Assembly (NCBI GenBank): GCA_964541465.1
Contig: CAZIQO010000002.1
Location: 710-64,709 of the forward strand
From: an uncultured Oscillospiraceae bacterium
GTDB taxonomy: Bacteria > Bacillota > Clostridia > Christensenellales > CAG-138
Length of the DNA stretch: 64,000 nucleotides
Reading direction: 5' to 3'
Numbering within the stretch: position 1 is the stretch's first letter; each line of letters opens with the position of its first letter. The notes under the pieces are model-generated. The model saw nothing but the letters and a program-made list of their open reading frames with translations, was not told the DNA's origin and made no database searches. Of this stretch, positions 36,078 to 45,174 are shown one piece after another. The position numbers were made by a program, and so were the translations under genes.

Positions 36078-37112
36078 ATGACGGCAAAAACACTCAAGGA
36101 AATTGCGGCGGAAACCGGCGTATCGGCGTCCATGGTTTCGCTGGTGCTGCACGACCGCGTCGGCGTCGGGAAGGAAAACCGCGGGCGCATCGCGCAGGCG
36201 CTGCGCGCAAACGGATACCGGATCCAGAAGGGACCGCGAAGCGGCGAAACCGGCAGTCTGTGCTTCCTGAAATTCAGCCTGCACGGCATGCTGGTCAACG
36301 GCAATCCGGGCTTTGTCAACGCCATCATCGACGCGGTGGAGAAGGAATCCAGCGCGCGCGGGTATTCCCTCGTGATGACCAACATGGACGAGCGGACCAT
36401 GCCCGCGGTGCTGGCCGGACTCGCCGAGCATCCGCCATCCGGCGTGATCCTGCTCGGCACGGAACTGGACGCCCGCCATCTTCCTTTGATCGGCGCCATC
36501 TCCGCGCCGTTCGTAATCGTGGACAGCCCGATGGAGTTCGAGCGCTGCGCGTGCGTGACGATGAACAACCAGGACGCGATCTGCGAGGCCGTCGGCTACC
36601 TTGCGCGGCTGGGGCATCCGGCGATCGGCTTCCTGGCAAACGCCGTTCCGGGCGGCAACTGCTTAAGCCGGCGCAACGCGTTTGAGCGCGCCGTGCGGCT
36701 GCTCGGCCGACCGTTCGATCCCGGTCTGATCTACAGCGTTTCGCCGACGATGGAGGGCGCGTACCAGTCCGTCCGCGCGCTGCTGGAGCAGGGAACGACC
36801 TTTCCGTCCGCGCTCGTGGCCAACAACGACAGTATCGCCCTCGGCGCGGTCAAGGCCTTCCGCGAAGCCGGGCTTCGCGTTCCGGAGGACATCGCTATCA
36901 TCGGCTTCGACGATATCGGTTTTTCCGCGATCGCGGACCCGCCGCTGACGACCATGCGCGTTTCCTGCGCGGCGATCGGTCAGCTCACGGTGCGCCTTCT
37001 CTGCGACAGAATCGCCGACCCGTCGCAACCTTTGATCAAGCTGCAGGTCTGCCCCGACCTGATCGTGCGGCAAAGTACCTGCGCCTACGCGCCAGAGCGC
37101 GCGAATCCCTGA
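36078..37112 (+). CDS. LacI-family transcriptional regulator
   Basis: HTH LKEIAAETGVSASMVSLVL followed by a periplasmic-binding-protein-like sugar sensor domain. ATG 36078 (GGAGAAGG upstream) is preferred over 36036. Confidence 0.88.
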   Translation: MTAKTLKEIAAETGVSASMVSLVLHDRVGVGKENRGRIAQALRANGYRIQKGPRSGETGSLCFLKFSLHGMLVNGNPGFVNAIIDAVEKESSARGYSLVMTNMDERTMPAVLAGLAEHPPSGVILLGTELDARHLPLIGAISAPFVIVDSPMEFERCACVTMNNQDAICEAVGYLARLGHPAIGFLANAVPGGNCLSRRNAFERAVRLLGRPFDPGLIYSVSPTMEGAYQSVRALLEQGTTFPSALVANNDSIALGAVKAFREAGLRVPEDIAIIGFDDIGFSAIADPPLTTMRVSCAAIGQLTVRLLCDRIADPSQPLIKLQVCPDLIVRQSTCAYAPERANP

Positions 37113-37155
37113 TCTTATTGCGGCGCGGCCGCAGAAAAAGAGGCGTATCGACAGT

Positions 37156-37767
37156 ATGCAGACCGTCACCCCGGAAAAAATCCTAGCAGTATCGTCCGTC
37201 TCGTTCCGCACCTACGGCGGAATCGTGGACGGCTATCCCTGCGCCGAACTCATCAAACGGCTGGCGCAGACGGATGCGCCGGCCGATTGCGTGAACTATA
37301 TCGCTTCGTTGGACAGTCTGGAATCCTGCGCGGAGTTCGCCGCGCTGCAGAACGGCTTTTTCGGCGGCCTTGCCTGTCAGGCGGGCGTGTGCAGCGGATA
37401 CACCACGCGCGTCGACGCGCTGGAATACCACCGCTGCAGCGAGCTGCTGCTCTTCGGCACCGACGCCGTGCTGCTGCTCGGCCACCGCTGGGAGATCGAA
37501 GACGGGCAATATGATTTCGGGAGGCTGGAGGCGTTTTTTGTTCCGCGCGGAACGCTGCTGGAGCTCTTTGCCACAACGCTGCACTATTCGCCCTGCGCCG
37601 CCGCGCCGAACGAGCCGTTTCGCGCGGCCGTCGTGCTGCCGCGCGGCACCAACGGCGCGTATCCATTGCCCCGCGGGCAGAACGCGGAAGCGCGTCTGCT
37701 CGAAGCCGCGAACAAATGGGTCGTTCACGCCGCGCGTCCGGCGGAGATCCTGCCGCTCCTCGTTTGA
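37156..37767 (+). CDS. hypothetical protein (tentatively DUF4867 / ureidoglycolate-lyase-like fold)
   Basis: 203-aa ORF with normal composition, 43 nt downstream of the LacI gene. Family assignment is from memory only. Confidence 0.55.
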   Translation: MQTVTPEKILAVSSVSFRTYGGIVDGYPCAELIKRLAQTDAPADCVNYIASLDSLESCAEFAALQNGFFGGLACQAGVCSGYTTRVDALEYHRCSELLLFGTDAVLLLGHRWEIEDGQYDFGRLEAFFVPRGTLLELFATTLHYSPCAAAPNEPFRAAVVLPRGTNGAYPLPRGQNAEARLLEAANKWVVHAARPAEILPLLV

Positions 37768-37773
37768 ATATCC

Positions 37774-38571
37774 TCAGTCGATGAGTCCAAAGTGACGCAG
37801 CGCAAACGCAATGCCGTCTTCGTCGATCCGCTTCGTGACGAAGTAGGCTTTTTCATGGAGTTCCTTCACCGCGTTGCCCATCAGAACGCTCGTTCCGGCG
37901 CAGCCAAGCATCTCGAGGTCGTTCGGTCCGTCCCCGAACGCAAACGTCCGCGCCATATCGCCGCCCAGGCGCGAAACCACCGTCCGGATGCCCGTCGCCT
38001 TCGTATACCCCAGCGGCACGCATTCGTAAAACGCGTACCGGTCGATCGCATGAAAGTACCTGCCGATGGCGGCGAGAAACGCGTCCATGTCCGCCGCCGG
38101 ACTTTTCCACGCCAGGAATTTTTCAAACCGGAACGACGGGCTGTCGACGTCCGTCGAAACGTGCACGCCCATGCGTCCCAGCCGGTGCCGCTCCCGTTCG
38201 TTTTCGGCGCTGAGCGGTCTGGTCAGATCGTAGCAGACGCCTTCCTTCGATTCGTACGTCGTTTCGACGCGGCACGTCCTGCTTAAGTCGCGTATCGTCC
38301 GGCAGAGCGCCGCCGGCACGACGACGTCCTGCACGATCGTATCCTGCAGGCGGATATACAGCCCGCCGGAACAGACGGTCCCGTCGAATCCGATGGCAAG
38401 CACCTGCGGCTCGATATGGGTGTACGGCCTTCCCGTGTTGACAAAGGCAAGGTGGCCGCGCGCGCGCGCCCGGCGGATCGCGTCGGCGGCGCTCGTCGGG
38501 ACCGTGTGCGTGTCCTCGGTGACCAGGGTGCCGTCGACATCAAAAAACAGCATGCATCTATTCTTGTTCAT
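37774..38571 (-). CDS. HAD-superfamily Cof-type (IIB) phosphatase
   Basis: Motif I FFDVDGTL, plus later GDGPND (motif IV). Start set at ATG 38571. The track ORF up to 38784 is an extension. Confidence 0.85.
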   Translation of the reverse strand: MNKNRCMLFFDVDGTLVTEDTHTVPTSAADAIRRARARGHLAFVNTGRPYTHIEPQVLAIGFDGTVCSGGLYIRLQDTIVQDVVVPAALCRTIRDLSRTCRVETTYESKEGVCYDLTRPLSAENERERHRLGRMGVHVSTDVDSPSFRFEKFLAWKSPAADMDAFLAAIGRYFHAIDRYAFYECVPLGYTKATGIRTVVSRLGGDMARTFAFGDGPNDLEMLGCAGTSVLMGNAVKELHEKAYFVTKRIDEDGIAFALRHFGLID

Positions 38572-38577
38572 CGCTTC

Positions 38578-38606
38578 AGTATAGCGAATTTTCCTCTGCC
38601 AAGCAA
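38578..38606 (-). promoter_or_regulatory. promoter placing the predicted TSS on the HAD start codon (leaderless candidate)
   Basis: On the minus strand: TTGCTT (38601..38606), 17-nt spacer, TATACT (38578..38583), then 6 nt (gaagcg) to the ATG. No SD sequence. Confidence 0.4.
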
Positions 38607-38840
38607 TCGAAATGCAGCCGAACGCATCTCTTTTTCCGGGGATGAAGTCTTCGCACGCCGCTGTCCTCCCCGCCGCGGCTGATGGACAGATCGGACCCGG
38701 CATGGTATCATGCAGCCGAACGGAATGTGCCGGGCCGCCGTTTCCGAATAAAGCGGCGCCGAAAAAAATCATACGGCGCGGCAACCTTTCCGCCTCCTCT
38801 GAAGTGTTCCTGTTGCAGTAAACAAACGGAGGAAATTACT

Positions 38841-40091
38841 ATGAAGAAAATCATCGCTCTCGCGCTTGCGGCGCTGCTGCTGACCGCCGGCTGCACGCCG
38901 GGCGGCAAGGTAACCTCGCTGACGGAGGATGTCGAGCCCTCTTCGGAGGAAGCTACCGCCGCCGAACCCTGCTCCGACTACGATCCCGCGGTAACGTTCG
39001 GGCTGTCGCTGTTTTCAAAAGCCGCCGAGAACGGGGACGAAAACCCCGTGCTTTCGCCGCTGTCGGCATACCTCTGCCTCGCCATGGTGCAGAACGGAGC
39101 CGGTTCGGACACGCTGAAAGAATTCGAGCAGGTGCTCGGCGCGGACACCGACGGCGTCAATTCCATCTCCCGCGCGCTGATTCAGTCGCTCACCTCGACC
39201 GAGGGCGACACAAAGCTCTCCATCGCCGATTCCGCGTGGGCCGACGACGACCACGCGCAGATCCGCGAGGACTACCTGCAAACGATCACGGACAACTTCG
39301 GCGCGGACGTGTTCACCGCCGATCTGCCGTCCGATGCGGCTCTCCAGGCGATCAACGCCTGGGTCAATGAAAAAACCAACGGGCTGATCCCGACGCTGCA
39401 CGAGCAGAACTACCCGGACAGCACGGTGCTCGTGCTGCTCAGCACGATCTATCTCAAGGCGAAGTGGCAGAACGAATTCCTTGGCAGCGACACCTACGAC
39501 GGCGATTTTACGCCTGCCGGCGGCGCGGCCGTCAGCGTACCCTTTCTGCACGCGCAGGAGAGCCGGCGCGATTATATCAATGCCGACGGCGCGGAAGGCA
39601 TCCTTCTTCCGTACAACGACGGGAAGACCGCGTTCATCGCGCTGCGTCCGACGGACGGAAGCGATATCCGTGCGTTCATTTCGTCCCTGACCGCGGAGCG
39701 GCTCGCCGCCTATATCGGCTCCGCGAGCGAAACGCTCGTCAACTTCTCCATGCCGAAATACACGATCGAATACTCGCTCTACCTCAACGACATCCTCAAG
39801 GAAATGGGGCTGAACCTCGTGTTCGATTCCGGCAGCGCGGACCTTTCCGGGATGGGAACGGGCGTGAACGGCCCGCTGTATCTTTCCTGGGTGTTCCAGA
39901 AGGTCAAGATCGAGGTCAACGAGGAGGGCACGGAAGCCGCCGCCGTCACGGAGGCCGCGATGACGGAAAGCGCGATGATGCCGACCGAGCCGCCGGCGGA
40001 ACTCCATCTCGACAGCCCGTTCTTCTATGCGGTCGTGGATCTTTCGTCCGGCGTGCCGCTGTTCATGGGCGTGCTGGACGACCCCTCGTAA
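38841..40091 (+). CDS. serpin-family protease inhibitor, lipoprotein
   Basis: Lipobox LLLTAGC. Serpin hinge EEGTEAAAVTEA followed by a reactive-centre loop ...AMTESAMMPTEPP and a C-terminal PFFY... block. ACGGAGGAA RBS before ATG 38841. Confidence 0.88.
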   Translation: MKKIIALALAALLLTAGCTPGGKVTSLTEDVEPSSEEATAAEPCSDYDPAVTFGLSLFSKAAENGDENPVLSPLSAYLCLAMVQNGAGSDTLKEFEQVLGADTDGVNSISRALIQSLTSTEGDTKLSIADSAWADDDHAQIREDYLQTITDNFGADVFTADLPSDAALQAINAWVNEKTNGLIPTLHEQNYPDSTVLVLLSTIYLKAKWQNEFLGSDTYDGDFTPAGGAAVSVPFLHAQESRRDYINADGAEGILLPYNDGKTAFIALRPTDGSDIRAFISSLTAERLAAYIGSASETLVNFSMPKYTIEYSLYLNDILKEMGLNLVFDSGSADLSGMGTGVNGPLYLSWVFQKVKIEVNEEGTEAAAVTEAAMTESAMMPTEPPAELHLDSPFFYAVVDLSSGVPLFMGVLDDPS

Positions 40092-40109
40092 ACGATAACG
40101 ATAAGGGAG

Positions 40110-41552
40110 ATGACATACTTGCGTAAAACCAGACGGATTCTGCCGATCCTGCTGATTGTTGCGCTGCTGGGATGCGCGTGCGCCGCGCCCGCGGAGCAGG
40201 CCGCGGCCCCGTCCATAACCGCCACGCCGGAAATCGTGGTGGAAACAACCGCCGAACCCGACGAAACAACCGCCGAACCGGCCGCCGAGACGACCGCCGA
40301 TCCGCAGACGAATCTCGTGGCCATGCTGCCGGTTTTTGATTCGATCCTCCGCGCCATGAACGGAACCGGCGCGGCGCGGTACGCGCCGGACGATCCGGAA
40401 TTCGTCTGGACGGTGCTGTACCTTCTGAGCGTCAACTGGGGCGACACGCAGTCCCAGATCACGATCGGCAACGGCACGGCCGCCGTCGGCCGCGCGGTCA
40501 TGACGGCGTTCCTCTCCGCCGCGTTCTGCGGCGCGACGGATCTGCCCGCCGTGCCGGACGATCTTGGCAGGACGATCGCCTATAACGAGACCGACTGCGC
40601 CTATTCCATCGCGCTCTCCGACGCCGGCGATTCCGAAACGAAGCTCGGCGAATCCTCCTTCTCGGACGACGGGACCGTTTCCACAACGGCCGGCCTGTAT
40701 GGCGCGGACGGCGCGGAGATCCTGTCGGTCCGGTTCACGCTGGGTGAAAACCCGAACCTTCAGGACATCCCGGAGCCGCTGTCGCGTTACTGCGTGACCG
40801 CCGCGGAACCGGTCGAAGGCTCTTCTGCGGTCTGGCGGGAGCTGGACGCGTCGCAGCCGATCCTGGCGGATCTGGACGGCGACGGCGAAGCCGAGACCGT
40901 TTCGATTCTGGTCGACGACGAACGGCATACGACCACCGTCACCATAACGGACGGAAGCGCCGTGCTCACCAACGAAATCGAAGTCGCCCTGTGCGGGCCA
41001 ACCTGCCATCTCGGCGACGCGCTCACGGGCGATGGGAGCGTGGAGCTGTACCTGTCCGGGGACATGGCCTCCGACGACTACGCCACCGAGATCTACCGGC
41101 TCAGCGACGGCAGGCTGGAACGAACGGAGCTTTACGGCACCGTGGAATCCGCCGACGGAAGCGGTCTCGTTACGGTGAACACCGTGGTCAACGTCCTCGG
41201 CACCTACGGCGCGACCTGTCAATACCGCATGGAGGACGATTTTACGTTCGCGCCGGCCACGCCGTATACGATCAGCCGCTACGACGGCGACTGGGCCGAC
41301 CGGAAGCTGACCCTGATCCGGGACGGTTTCCCCGCGCTTCCTGCGGACCAGAGCGACAGCGAGCCCGTCGCGCTGCCCGCGGGAACCAGGCTCATGCTGA
41401 CGGAGACCGACGAGCAGAGCTATGCGATTCTGGAACGGGCGGACGGCGCGCTGTTCCGCGTTGAAGTGAGCAGAGCGCAGGACGACTGGCGTTGGAGCAT
41501 CGACGGCGTATTCGAGGAGGATTGGTTCGACAACCTCTCCTACGCCGGATAG
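40110..41552 (+). CDS. hypothetical lipoprotein with an FG-GAP/VCBS-like DLDGDGEAE motif
   Basis: Signal peptide plus lipobox ILLIVALLGCA. 18 nt downstream of the serpin gene. The start may instead be TTG 40119, which has better SD spacing. Confidence 0.7.
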   Translation: MTYLRKTRRILPILLIVALLGCACAAPAEQAAAPSITATPEIVVETTAEPDETTAEPAAETTADPQTNLVAMLPVFDSILRAMNGTGAARYAPDDPEFVWTVLYLLSVNWGDTQSQITIGNGTAAVGRAVMTAFLSAAFCGATDLPAVPDDLGRTIAYNETDCAYSIALSDAGDSETKLGESSFSDDGTVSTTAGLYGADGAEILSVRFTLGENPNLQDIPEPLSRYCVTAAEPVEGSSAVWRELDASQPILADLDGDGEAETVSILVDDERHTTTVTITDGSAVLTNEIEVALCGPTCHLGDALTGDGSVELYLSGDMASDDYATEIYRLSDGRLERTELYGTVESADGSGLVTVNTVVNVLGTYGATCQYRMEDDFTFAPATPYTISRYDGDWADRKLTLIRDGFPALPADQSDSEPVALPAGTRLMLTETDEQSYAILERADGALFRVEVSRAQDDWRWSIDGVFEEDWFDNLSYAG

Positions 41553-41693
41553 CCGCCGCACCCGTCGGAACGGAATATAAAAAACCGGCCCGCGACGCTT
41601 TGTGGATTCGATCCACCGGCGATACGCAGGTCGGCATTTTTTTATTCTTTTAACAAAATTCAATGAAACCCGTTTACCGACGCAAAACGTGCA

Positions 41694-42224
41694 TTATGCG
41701 TTCCAACTCTCGACGATCGGCAGAAGCGTCCGATACAGCGCCTCCCGGTTCTCCTTCGTGATCATATACACGCTTGCGTTCGGGTGCGCGCGCACCTCGT
41801 TGAGAAACGGCACGTCGAAGCGCGCCTTCACCGCCGCAAGCACGGGGATTTTGCCGTCGAGCGCTTCAAACACCTTTTTCACGAACGCTTCGCTCCCGGC
41901 TTCCATGAACCCAAGCTCGTCCATCACGATCAGCCCGTCCGGCTCCGCCTGCAGGTACGCAACGCCCAGCGTCTCAAAGGCCGCGAGATTGATGTTGTGC
42001 ACCTTGGAATCGCAGGTGCCGATGCGGTTCTCGTCCGTCTGCACGCGTTCAGCCGCGCCGGCAGGATGGATATAGATCGGATGAAACCCGGTTTCGTCCG
42101 CCGCGAGCCGCTTCGTGACGAACCCGTAGACGGGGCGCACATTGTGCTCGAGCAGACGCTGAATCAGCGTGCTCTTGCCCACGCCCACCTCGCCGCAGAG
42201 CAGGATGTGTTTTCGCTCCTTCAT
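41694..42224 (-). CDS. P-loop NTPase (THEP1/NTPase_1-like)
   Basis: Walker A LLCGEVGVGKST and Walker B-like LIVMDELG. 176 aa. ATG overlaps the XdhC-family stop (ATGA). Confidence 0.75.
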   Translation of the reverse strand: MKERKHILLCGEVGVGKSTLIQRLLEHNVRPVYGFVTKRLAADETGFHPIYIHPAGAAERVQTDENRIGTCDSKVHNINLAAFETLGVAYLQAEPDGLIVMDELGFMEAGSEAFVKKVFEALDGKIPVLAAVKARFDVPFLNEVRAHPNASVYMITKENREALYRTLLPIVESWNA

Positions 42225-43252
42225 GCTTTACTCCCTCCGCACCGTTTCGCGCGGCACAGGATCAGTTCCGCCGCGATGCTGACGGCGATCTCGGCCGGCG
42301 TCTCGGCCAGGACCTCCAAGCCGATCGGCGTATGCACGCGGGAAAGCGCCTCCTCCGGAATGCCCGCCTCGATCAGGCGTTTATTGGTGGCGGCGATCTT
42401 ATGCCGGCTGCCGATCACGCCGATATAGGCCGCGTCCGTGCGGAGCGCCTGCTCGAGCACTTCGAAATCGGCCTGGTGGCCGCGCGTCATGATGACGACA
42501 TAGTCGTCCGCCGTGATCGCAATGTGCCGCGAAAGCTCCGTATACGCGCCGACGACGGTGCCAACCGCCGCCGGAAACAGCGCCGGGTCCGCGAATTCCT
42601 CGCGGTCCTCGTATACGATCACCGAAAAATCGACATGGGTAATCGCCGGGACCAGTTCCCGGGAGACATGTCCGCCGCCGAACACATACACGTATCCCGC
42701 GCGGGTGAGCGGCTCGACATAGTACCCCGGCTCGCCTCGTTTCAGCATTGCCCGCGCACCGACCAGCGGCAGAATCTCCTCTTCCGGAACGCCGTCGAGA
42801 AACAGCAGCCCCGTATCGCGCGCGTAGACGCCCGTGCGCGCACCGGCGCCTTCCGAAAGCACGGTGACGAGCCACGCGTTCTTGCGCTGCGGAAACAGCG
42901 AAAGCACGCTTTCCGCCAGCCGGATCGCCTCCGGGTCGCCGCCGGCGAAGAACTGGAAGCACACGACCACCTGACCGCCGCAGATCATGCCGATATCCGC
43001 CGTCTGGTTTTTCGTGAGCACGAACCGGTGCGTAAACGCCTTCCGGCCGGCAAGCGCCTGCTTCGCCAGCCGGATGCTCTCGTATTCCACGGCGCCGCCG
43101 CCGACGGTTCCGAGGGAGGAGCCGTCGGCAAACACCGCCATCTTCGCGCCGCTGCCGCGCGGCGTGGAACCCGAGCTTGCGATGATGGTGCACAGCACGA
43201 GGTCCTCGCCGCGCACTAGCGCATCGCGAATGCCGGTAAACAGCTTTTCCAT
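42221..43252 (-). CDS. XdhC/CoxI-family accessory protein
   Basis: N-terminal XdhC_CoxI pattern (LCTIIASSGSTPRGSGAKM...GTVGGG) and a C-terminal Rossmann-like XdhC_C domain (VYVFGGGHVS). Confidence 0.85.
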   Translation of the reverse strand: MEKLFTGIRDALVRGEDLVLCTIIASSGSTPRGSGAKMAVFADGSSLGTVGGGAVEYESIRLAKQALAGRKAFTHRFVLTKNQTADIGMICGGQVVVCFQFFAGGDPEAIRLAESVLSLFPQRKNAWLVTVLSEGAGARTGVYARDTGLLFLDGVPEEEILPLVGARAMLKRGEPGYYVEPLTRAGYVYVFGGGHVSRELVPAITHVDFSVIVYEDREEFADPALFPAAVGTVVGAYTELSRHIAITADDYVVIMTRGHQADFEVLEQALRTDAAYIGVIGSRHKIAATNKRLIEAGIPEEALSRVHTPIGLEVLAETPAEIAVSIAAELILCRAKRCGGSKA

Positions 43253-43260
43253 ACCGTCCG

Positions 43261-44415
43261 TTAGGCCGCGGGCGTCTCTTCTGCCTGCTGCGCGCCGATG
43301 GAGTTGGCGACCAGCGAGTCGTACTGGTCCTGGGTCAGGTCGCAGTGGTAGAAGAGCTTGAAGTACTCCGTCACCTCCGTCTGCAGGTCATACTGCGCGG
43401 TGTCCGGATACAGCAGCTGCGCCATCCACATCATGCCGAGGCAGCGCTGCACGGACGGCGGGAAGCCCATCCAGTTGTACGGCCCGAACGGAACCTCGTA
43501 ATACGTGCCGTTCTTGATCGCCGTCACCTGCTGCCAGGTCGGGTCGGACGCGACGGTCGAATAGATGCTGCCGGGCGCGAACAGGATCACGTCCGGGTCC
43601 CACGTAAGGATCTGCTCCATATCCACCTCGTTGCCGCTGCCCTTGCTGGACGGGCTGTCCACAACGGCGAGGTTGTTGGACAGCAGGTCGATCACCTCCG
43701 CGTGATAGCTTCCCTGTGCAATCACGTTCAGGCCCTGGTCGCCGAGGCAGTAGAGCAGATTGACCTTCTCCACGCTGTTCGCGATCTCTGTCGTGCGATC
43801 GTAGATCCTGGTGCAGTACGCCGCCAGCGTCGCCGCCTCGTCCTGCATGTTCAGAAGCTCGCCGAGCTTCGTGTACGCGTCCGCCATGGTCGCCGTAGTC
43901 GCGGTGATATGCACGAACGGAATGCCCGTCTGCTCCTGCAGCGCGTCGAGATCCTCCACGATGGTGTCCTTCGGCTCGCCCACGTCGATGACGACCTCCG
44001 CGCCGCTGTTGAGCAGCGTTTCAAGGTTCAGCTCGCCCTTGCCGCCGTAGAGCTGGCCGAGCTCGGGCAGGTTGTAGTATTCGGTCTTGAGGTACTGCGC
44101 CGCGGTTTCGTCCCATGCGGACGCGATGCCGGCGAGCTTGTCCGGGCAGAGCGCGAACAGCACGATCTGCGCGAGCGGGCCGGATACGGCGACCTTCTCG
44201 ATGTCTGCCGGCACCTCGACCACGCGGCCGACGGAGTCCGTAAACGATACGGTCGTCGGCGCCGGTTCCTCGGTTGCGGCGGGTTCCTCCGTAGCCGCGG
44301 GCGCCTCCGTCGCGGGCGCTTCCGTAGCCGCGGTCTCGGTCGCTTGCTGCGCGGAGCAGCCGAACAGCGATACGGCCATGACGACCGCAAGCAGGATGGC
44401 AAAAATCTTCTTCAT
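43261..44415 (-). CDS. ABC substrate-binding lipoprotein, FecB/BtuF (siderophore/haem/cobalamin) type
   Basis: Lipobox AVSLFGCS, an Ala/Thr/Glu/Pro linker, then periplasmic-binding-protein type 2 architecture (VVEVPADIEKVAV...). Confidence 0.8.
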   Translation of the reverse strand: MKKIFAILLAVVMAVSLFGCSAQQATETAATEAPATEAPAATEEPAATEEPAPTTVSFTDSVGRVVEVPADIEKVAVSGPLAQIVLFALCPDKLAGIASAWDETAAQYLKTEYYNLPELGQLYGGKGELNLETLLNSGAEVVIDVGEPKDTIVEDLDALQEQTGIPFVHITATTATMADAYTKLGELLNMQDEAATLAAYCTRIYDRTTEIANSVEKVNLLYCLGDQGLNVIAQGSYHAEVIDLLSNNLAVVDSPSSKGSGNEVDMEQILTWDPDVILFAPGSIYSTVASDPTWQQVTAIKNGTYYEVPFGPYNWMGFPPSVQRCLGMMWMAQLLYPDTAQYDLQTEVTEYFKLFYHCDLTQDQYDSLVANSIGAQQAEETPAA

Positions 44416-44436
44416 CTTTTTTTCCTCCCGATTGAT

Positions 44437-45174
44437 TTACTTTATGGAATCGGGGATATTCCCCGTGTCCACCGCGATCACGCCGACCGGACTCGGCGAA
44501 GGCAGGTAATAGGGAAACGCGTCCGACGCGCGCGTTTCCAGCAGACTTTTTACATCGGTCCGCGTAACGCCGCGCGCGTCGTCCTCCCTGCGGAACGTTT
44601 CAAAGAACGAAACGGCGTCCTCCAGCGAACGAAACGGCTGCCCCATCTCCACTTCGAACGTCTCTTTTTCATAGGGGACGCCCAGTTCGTCAAGCGCCTG
44701 CTCTGCGCGCGGAAACGTGAACCGCTCCAGCGGCGTTTCGCCGAGCGTAAAGCGGTGCTTCGCGCCGTTCCGCTTGATCAGGATCACTTTGCCGCGGCAC
44801 TGCGCTTTCGCCGCGCGGAGCGTTTCCGAAACGCGCCCGAAGAAACAGAACACCATCGCATCGTACGGCCGCTCCGGCCGCATCGAAAACAGATCGCCCT
44901 GCCGGATCTCAATATTGCCGATCCCGTTTTCCCTCGCGTTCCGCTCCAGCACCGCGAGCGCTTCGGCGCAGGAATCCACGGCGGTGACCGTTTCGCAGTA
45001 TTTTGCGAGCGCAAGGCTCAGGTAGCCGAGCCCGCAGCCCGCGTCGCACACCGAGCCGCGCTTTGTCAGATACGGCAGGATGCGCTCCGCGATCCGTTCG
45101 TCGAACCCCACCTGCTCCGCGGCGTCGATACGGAAGCGGATGCTCTGCTCCGTCCACCGAAACATCAGCCGCAC
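44437..45174 (-). CDS. class I SAM-dependent methyltransferase
   Basis: Motif I VCDAGCGLGYLSLALA and a post-I acidic residue (AVD). 245 aa. The start overlaps the ATPase gene end by 10 nt. Confidence 0.8.
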   Translation of the reverse strand: MRLMFRWTEQSIRFRIDAAEQVGFDERIAERILPYLTKRGSVCDAGCGLGYLSLALAKYCETVTAVDSCAEALAVLERNARENGIGNIEIRQGDLFSMRPERPYDAMVFCFFGRVSETLRAAKAQCRGKVILIKRNGAKHRFTLGETPLERFTFPRAEQALDELGVPYEKETFEVEMGQPFRSLEDAVSFFETFRREDDARGVTRTDVKSLLETRASDAFPYYLPSPSPVGVIAVDTGNIPDSIK

